Positions 60,925-64,000 of a DNA stretch of 64,000 bases are shown here, piece after piece. Location: contig CAWCTR010000032.1 in the NCBI GenBank assembly GCA_963798485.1, positions 1-64,000 on the forward strand, read 5' to 3'. This DNA comes from an uncultured delta proteobacterium. Lineage in GTDB: Bacteria > Desulfobacterota > Desulfomonilia > UBA1062. The notes below the pieces were generated by a model, which saw nothing but the letters and a program-made list of their open reading frames with translations, did no database searches and was not told the DNA's origin. The translations under genes and the position numbers were made by a program. Every line of letters begins with the position of its first letter. Position 1 is the first letter of the stretch.

Positions 60925-61960
60925 ATGGGCATTCAGGTTACTGGTTATAGGAATCGTTCTGGCAGGCATATACGCACTCATTTACTTCGTCCGGTCACTC
61001 TCCCATGAAAGCACGGATGACGCCTATGTGGCAGGGGTGATCGTCCCTGTCTCCGCCGAGGTGAAGGGGAGGGTTGTGAAGGTGCATATCAATGACAACC
61101 AGGACGTTACCGCCGGGTCACCCCTCGTTGAGATCGATCAGGATGATTACCTGCATACGCTGAGTGAAAGAACGGTGAGCGTTTCACAGCTTGAGGCTCA
61201 AGACACAGAAGTGAAGGCTTCTATAGAGCAGGGGAACAAGACCCTTGCACAAGCCCGTGCAAACCTGGATGCCGCTGTTGCCGAAGAAGACCTGGCTGAT
61301 AAGGATGTCAAGCGTTATAGTAATCTGTTCCGACAGAAGGTGGTGTCACAGAGCCAGTATGACATCGTTCAATCGCGATGGAAGGTTGCAAGGGCCAGGA
61401 AAGAGGCTGCAAATGCTGCTGTAGCAGGGGCCGAGGCGGCGCTTAGGACCCTTCAGGCGGGTTTGAAAACCCAGGAGTACAAAATCAAGGAAGCAGAGGT
61501 ATCCCGGAGCCTGGCACGGCTGAGCCTTTCCCGGACAACCGTGGTGGCGCCCATGTCGGGAAGGATAGCCATGAAAAATGTGGATCCGGGCAAATATGTG
61601 GAGCCGGGCCAGCCCCTTCTTTCAATCGTGAAGGAGGATACGTGGGTCATAGCCAATTTCAAGGAGACGCAGATCAAGAAAATGTCTGTCGGGCAGCCGG
61701 TAGAGGTTAAGGTCGATGCCTACCCGGGCAGGGTCTTCAAGGGGCATGTCGACAGTGTGCAGCCCGGGACCGGCGCGGTCTTCAGCCTGCTGCCTCCGGA
61801 AAATGCAACAGGTAACTTCGTCAAGGTAGTGCAGCGCGTCCCCATCAAGATCATCATTGATTCCCGTTTTGACCCTGCACATCCGTTATGGCCGGGGCTT
61901 TCCGTTGTCCCGACCATTGATGTAAGCCGCCGGACAGGCCCCAGTCTGGCCAAGAAATAG
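60917..61960 (+). CDS. EmrA/HlyD-family membrane-fusion protein
   Basis: STDDAYV, ANFKETQ and LLPPENATGNFVKVVQR. Confidence 0.95.
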   Translation: MNKWAFRLLVIGIVLAGIYALIYFVRSLSHESTDDAYVAGVIVPVSAEVKGRVVKVHINDNQDVTAGSPLVEIDQDDYLHTLSERTVSVSQLEAQDTEVKASIEQGNKTLAQARANLDAAVAEEDLADKDVKRYSNLFRQKVVSQSQYDIVQSRWKVARARKEAANAAVAGAEAALRTLQAGLKTQEYKIKEAEVSRSLARLSLSRTTVVAPMSGRIAMKNVDPGKYVEPGQPLLSIVKEDTWVIANFKETQIKKMSVGQPVEVKVDAYPGRVFKGHVDSVQPGTGAVFSLLPPENATGNFVKVVQRVPIKIIIDSRFDPAHPLWPGLSVVPTIDVSRRTGPSLAKK

Positions 61961-61968
61961 TCGCTAAA

Positions 61969-63522
61969 GTGAGCGAGAAATCGATCAGCAATAAATGGCT
62001 CATCGCCATGACGGTGATGACCGGGACGATCATGTCCGCCATTGATACGAGCATTGTGAATGTCGCACTGCCCACCATGCGGGGGACTCTCGGGGCCTCG
62101 GTCGAGGAGATCACCTGGGTTTCAACAGGCTACATCCTCTCGAACGTCATCATTATGCCCATCGTAGGGCTCATGAGCTCCCGGTTCGGACGCAAGAGGT
62201 TCTATATTGTCTCAGTACTGTTGTTCACCTGCGCTTCCATGATGTGTGGTACTGCCTGGAGCCTGGGTTCAATGGTAACCTTCCGCATTATTCAGGGCAT
62301 AGGCGGCGGCGCGTTGATCCCTGTTTCACAGGCGATCCTCAGGGAAACGTTCCCCCCGAAAGAGCAGGCCATGGCAATGGGGATCTACGGTGTCGGCGTC
62401 ATCCTGGGGCCGGCCATCGGGCCCACACTCGGGGGGTGGCTTACCGACAATTATTCCTGGCCTTGGATCTTCTATATAAACCTCCCGGTCGGCATTCTTA
62501 ACATTCTGTTGGTCATGAAGTTCATCGAAGACCCGCCCTATCTGATCCGCGAGAAAGGAAAGCTCGACCTTGCAGGCCTGCTTTTCATGACCATCGGGTT
62601 AGGGGCGCTGCAGATCATGCTCGAAAAGGGTGAGCAGAAAGACTGGTTCGCATCAAACTTCATCATTACTCTTGCCGCCATCTCATGCATGGGTCTTATG
62701 GTGTTTATATGGCGGGAATTGACAACGGACAGGCCGGCGGTCAACCTGAGGATTCTGAAGGATATGAATTTTACCTCTGCGACCTTCCTCGGCGGCATTC
62801 TCGGCCTGGCGTTGATGGGCAGCCTTTTTCTCCTGCCTCTCCTCCTCCAGCAGCTCCTTGGATATCCGGCCTTTGATTCGGGCCTGGCCCTGCTTCCGAG
62901 GAGTATAGCCATGGCGTTCTCGATGCCCATCGGAGGCAGGCTCTATAACAGGTTCGGCCCTCGGGTGCTTATCGGAACAGGGCTTTTGGTGAATGCCATC
63001 TCATTCTACGAGTTCTCATGCCTGTCGCTTGACATGGGATACTGGGATATATTTTTCCCCCAATTCATTCAGGGCATCGGGTTCGGGCTTATCTTCGTAT
63101 CCTTGAGCACGGCAGCGCTTGCATCCATTGAAAAGCCGCTCATGACCGCTGCAACAGGGCTCTACAATGTCGTCCGACAGGTATTCGGCAGCATCGGCAT
63201 AGCGCTGTCCGCCACACTGCTCACCCAGGGAGAAAACTGGAACAGGGCGATGCTCGTCAAGGATATGACCGCATTTCGTGACATCGCCCACGGCTCACTC
63301 AATGGATTATGGCCTTACCTGGTTACCAGGGGCGTAAACCCGGCAGTCGCGAAGAACATGGCCTTGAAGATGATGGACGGATTCATTATGCAGCAGGCGA
63401 GCATGCTTTCATACAATCATGTATTCTCACTCATCTCCATGATTTTCCTGTTCTCAATACCCTTGATCATCTTTATAAAAGATGCCAGGAGGGATAGGGA
63501 CACAGATGTCGTTATCGATTGA
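61969..63522 (+). CDS. DHA2 (EmrB/QacA) MFS efflux permease
   Basis: DTSIVNVALP, GPTLGGWL and WPWIFYINLPVG. Confidence 0.95.
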   Translation: MSEKSISNKWLIAMTVMTGTIMSAIDTSIVNVALPTMRGTLGASVEEITWVSTGYILSNVIIMPIVGLMSSRFGRKRFYIVSVLLFTCASMMCGTAWSLGSMVTFRIIQGIGGGALIPVSQAILRETFPPKEQAMAMGIYGVGVILGPAIGPTLGGWLTDNYSWPWIFYINLPVGILNILLVMKFIEDPPYLIREKGKLDLAGLLFMTIGLGALQIMLEKGEQKDWFASNFIITLAAISCMGLMVFIWRELTTDRPAVNLRILKDMNFTSATFLGGILGLALMGSLFLLPLLLQQLLGYPAFDSGLALLPRSIAMAFSMPIGGRLYNRFGPRVLIGTGLLVNAISFYEFSCLSLDMGYWDIFFPQFIQGIGFGLIFVSLSTAALASIEKPLMTAATGLYNVVRQVFGSIGIALSATLLTQGENWNRAMLVKDMTAFRDIAHGSLNGLWPYLVTRGVNPAVAKNMALKMMDGFIMQQASMLSYNHVFSLISMIFLFSIPLIIFIKDARRDRDTDVVID

Positions 63523-63535
63523 AGAGGAGGGCCTA

Positions 63536-64000
63536 ATGGGAGACAAAGGGCATACTGCAGTAACCATATCGAGGCAGATGGGAAGCGGAGGTACGTATAT
63601 AGGCTACCTGCTGGCAAAAGAGATGGGTTTTACATACGTAGACCGCGAGATTTTGCGCCTGGCGGCAAAACACCTTAAGACCGATGCGGACTGGCTTGAG
63701 AATTTTGATGAGAGATCTTCGGGCCTTCTTGCGAATATCTTGAGGGGGTTCGCATTAGGGACCCCGGAAACCACCTGCGCTTCTCCCTTGAGCAGGCCGG
63801 TTTACGACAGGGAGCTGTTCACCCTTGAGTGCAAGATTATGAATGATATGGCTGACCTTCATAATGCGGTAATCATCGGCCGGGCTGGATTTCATGCACT
63901 GAGAGGCCGCCCGGGGGTTATCCGGGTGTTCATCCATGCCCCGCTGGAATTTCGTATCAAACGGTTGATGAAGGTGCAGAATATCACGGACATCAGGCAG
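63536..64000 (+). CDS. Cytidylate-kinase-like family protein (partial; runs off the window end)
   Basis: Manual translation MGDKGHTAVTISRQMGSGG...YVDREIL...AVIIGRAG...VFIHAPLEFRIKR. Confidence 0.85.
   Translation, partial: MGDKGHTAVTISRQMGSGGTYIGYLLAKEMGFTYVDREILRLAAKHLKTDADWLENFDERSSGLLANILRGFALGTPETTCASPLSRPVYDRELFTLECKIMNDMADLHNAVIIGRAGFHALRGRPGVIRVFIHAPLEFRIKRLMKVQNITDIRQ

Overview
Bacterial chromosomal window, most consistent with an anaerobic deltaproteobacterium (Desulfobacterota/Syntrophales-like; inferred from gene content such as nfnAB, ADP-forming acyl-CoA synthetase, a stand-alone atpE and an RRM protein). An intact housekeeping backbone (nfnAB, atpE, pit, aconitase, gltX, pgm, asd, emrAB-like efflux, ompA) is interrupted by AT-richer accessory blocks. 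The first (1-4800) holds surface lipoprotein and outer-membrane protein genes. The second (~13.2-24.8 kb) is an extracytoplasmic island with an ECF sigma/anti-sigma pair, three identically spaced ECF-type promoters, a caspase-like and a trypsin-like protease, LPP20-like and DUF4384-like lipoproteins and two duplicated PKD-repeat genes. The most striking signal is a ~700-nt strand-specific hypermutation tract (15698-16396) in one PKD gene copy. Nearly every plus-strand CC there has become CT/TC/TT, removing Gly codons and turning Trp codons into stops; an assembly artefact must be excluded. The second highlight is a three-gene operon with a ParA ATPase fused to a glycogen-binding CBM48-type domain and a partner carrying a ParB-type LGRGL peptide, a candidate glycogen-granule positioning system. 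No tRNA, rRNA, CRISPR array, transposase, integrase or reverse transcriptase was recognised. All calls come from reading motifs by eye; no database searches were run.
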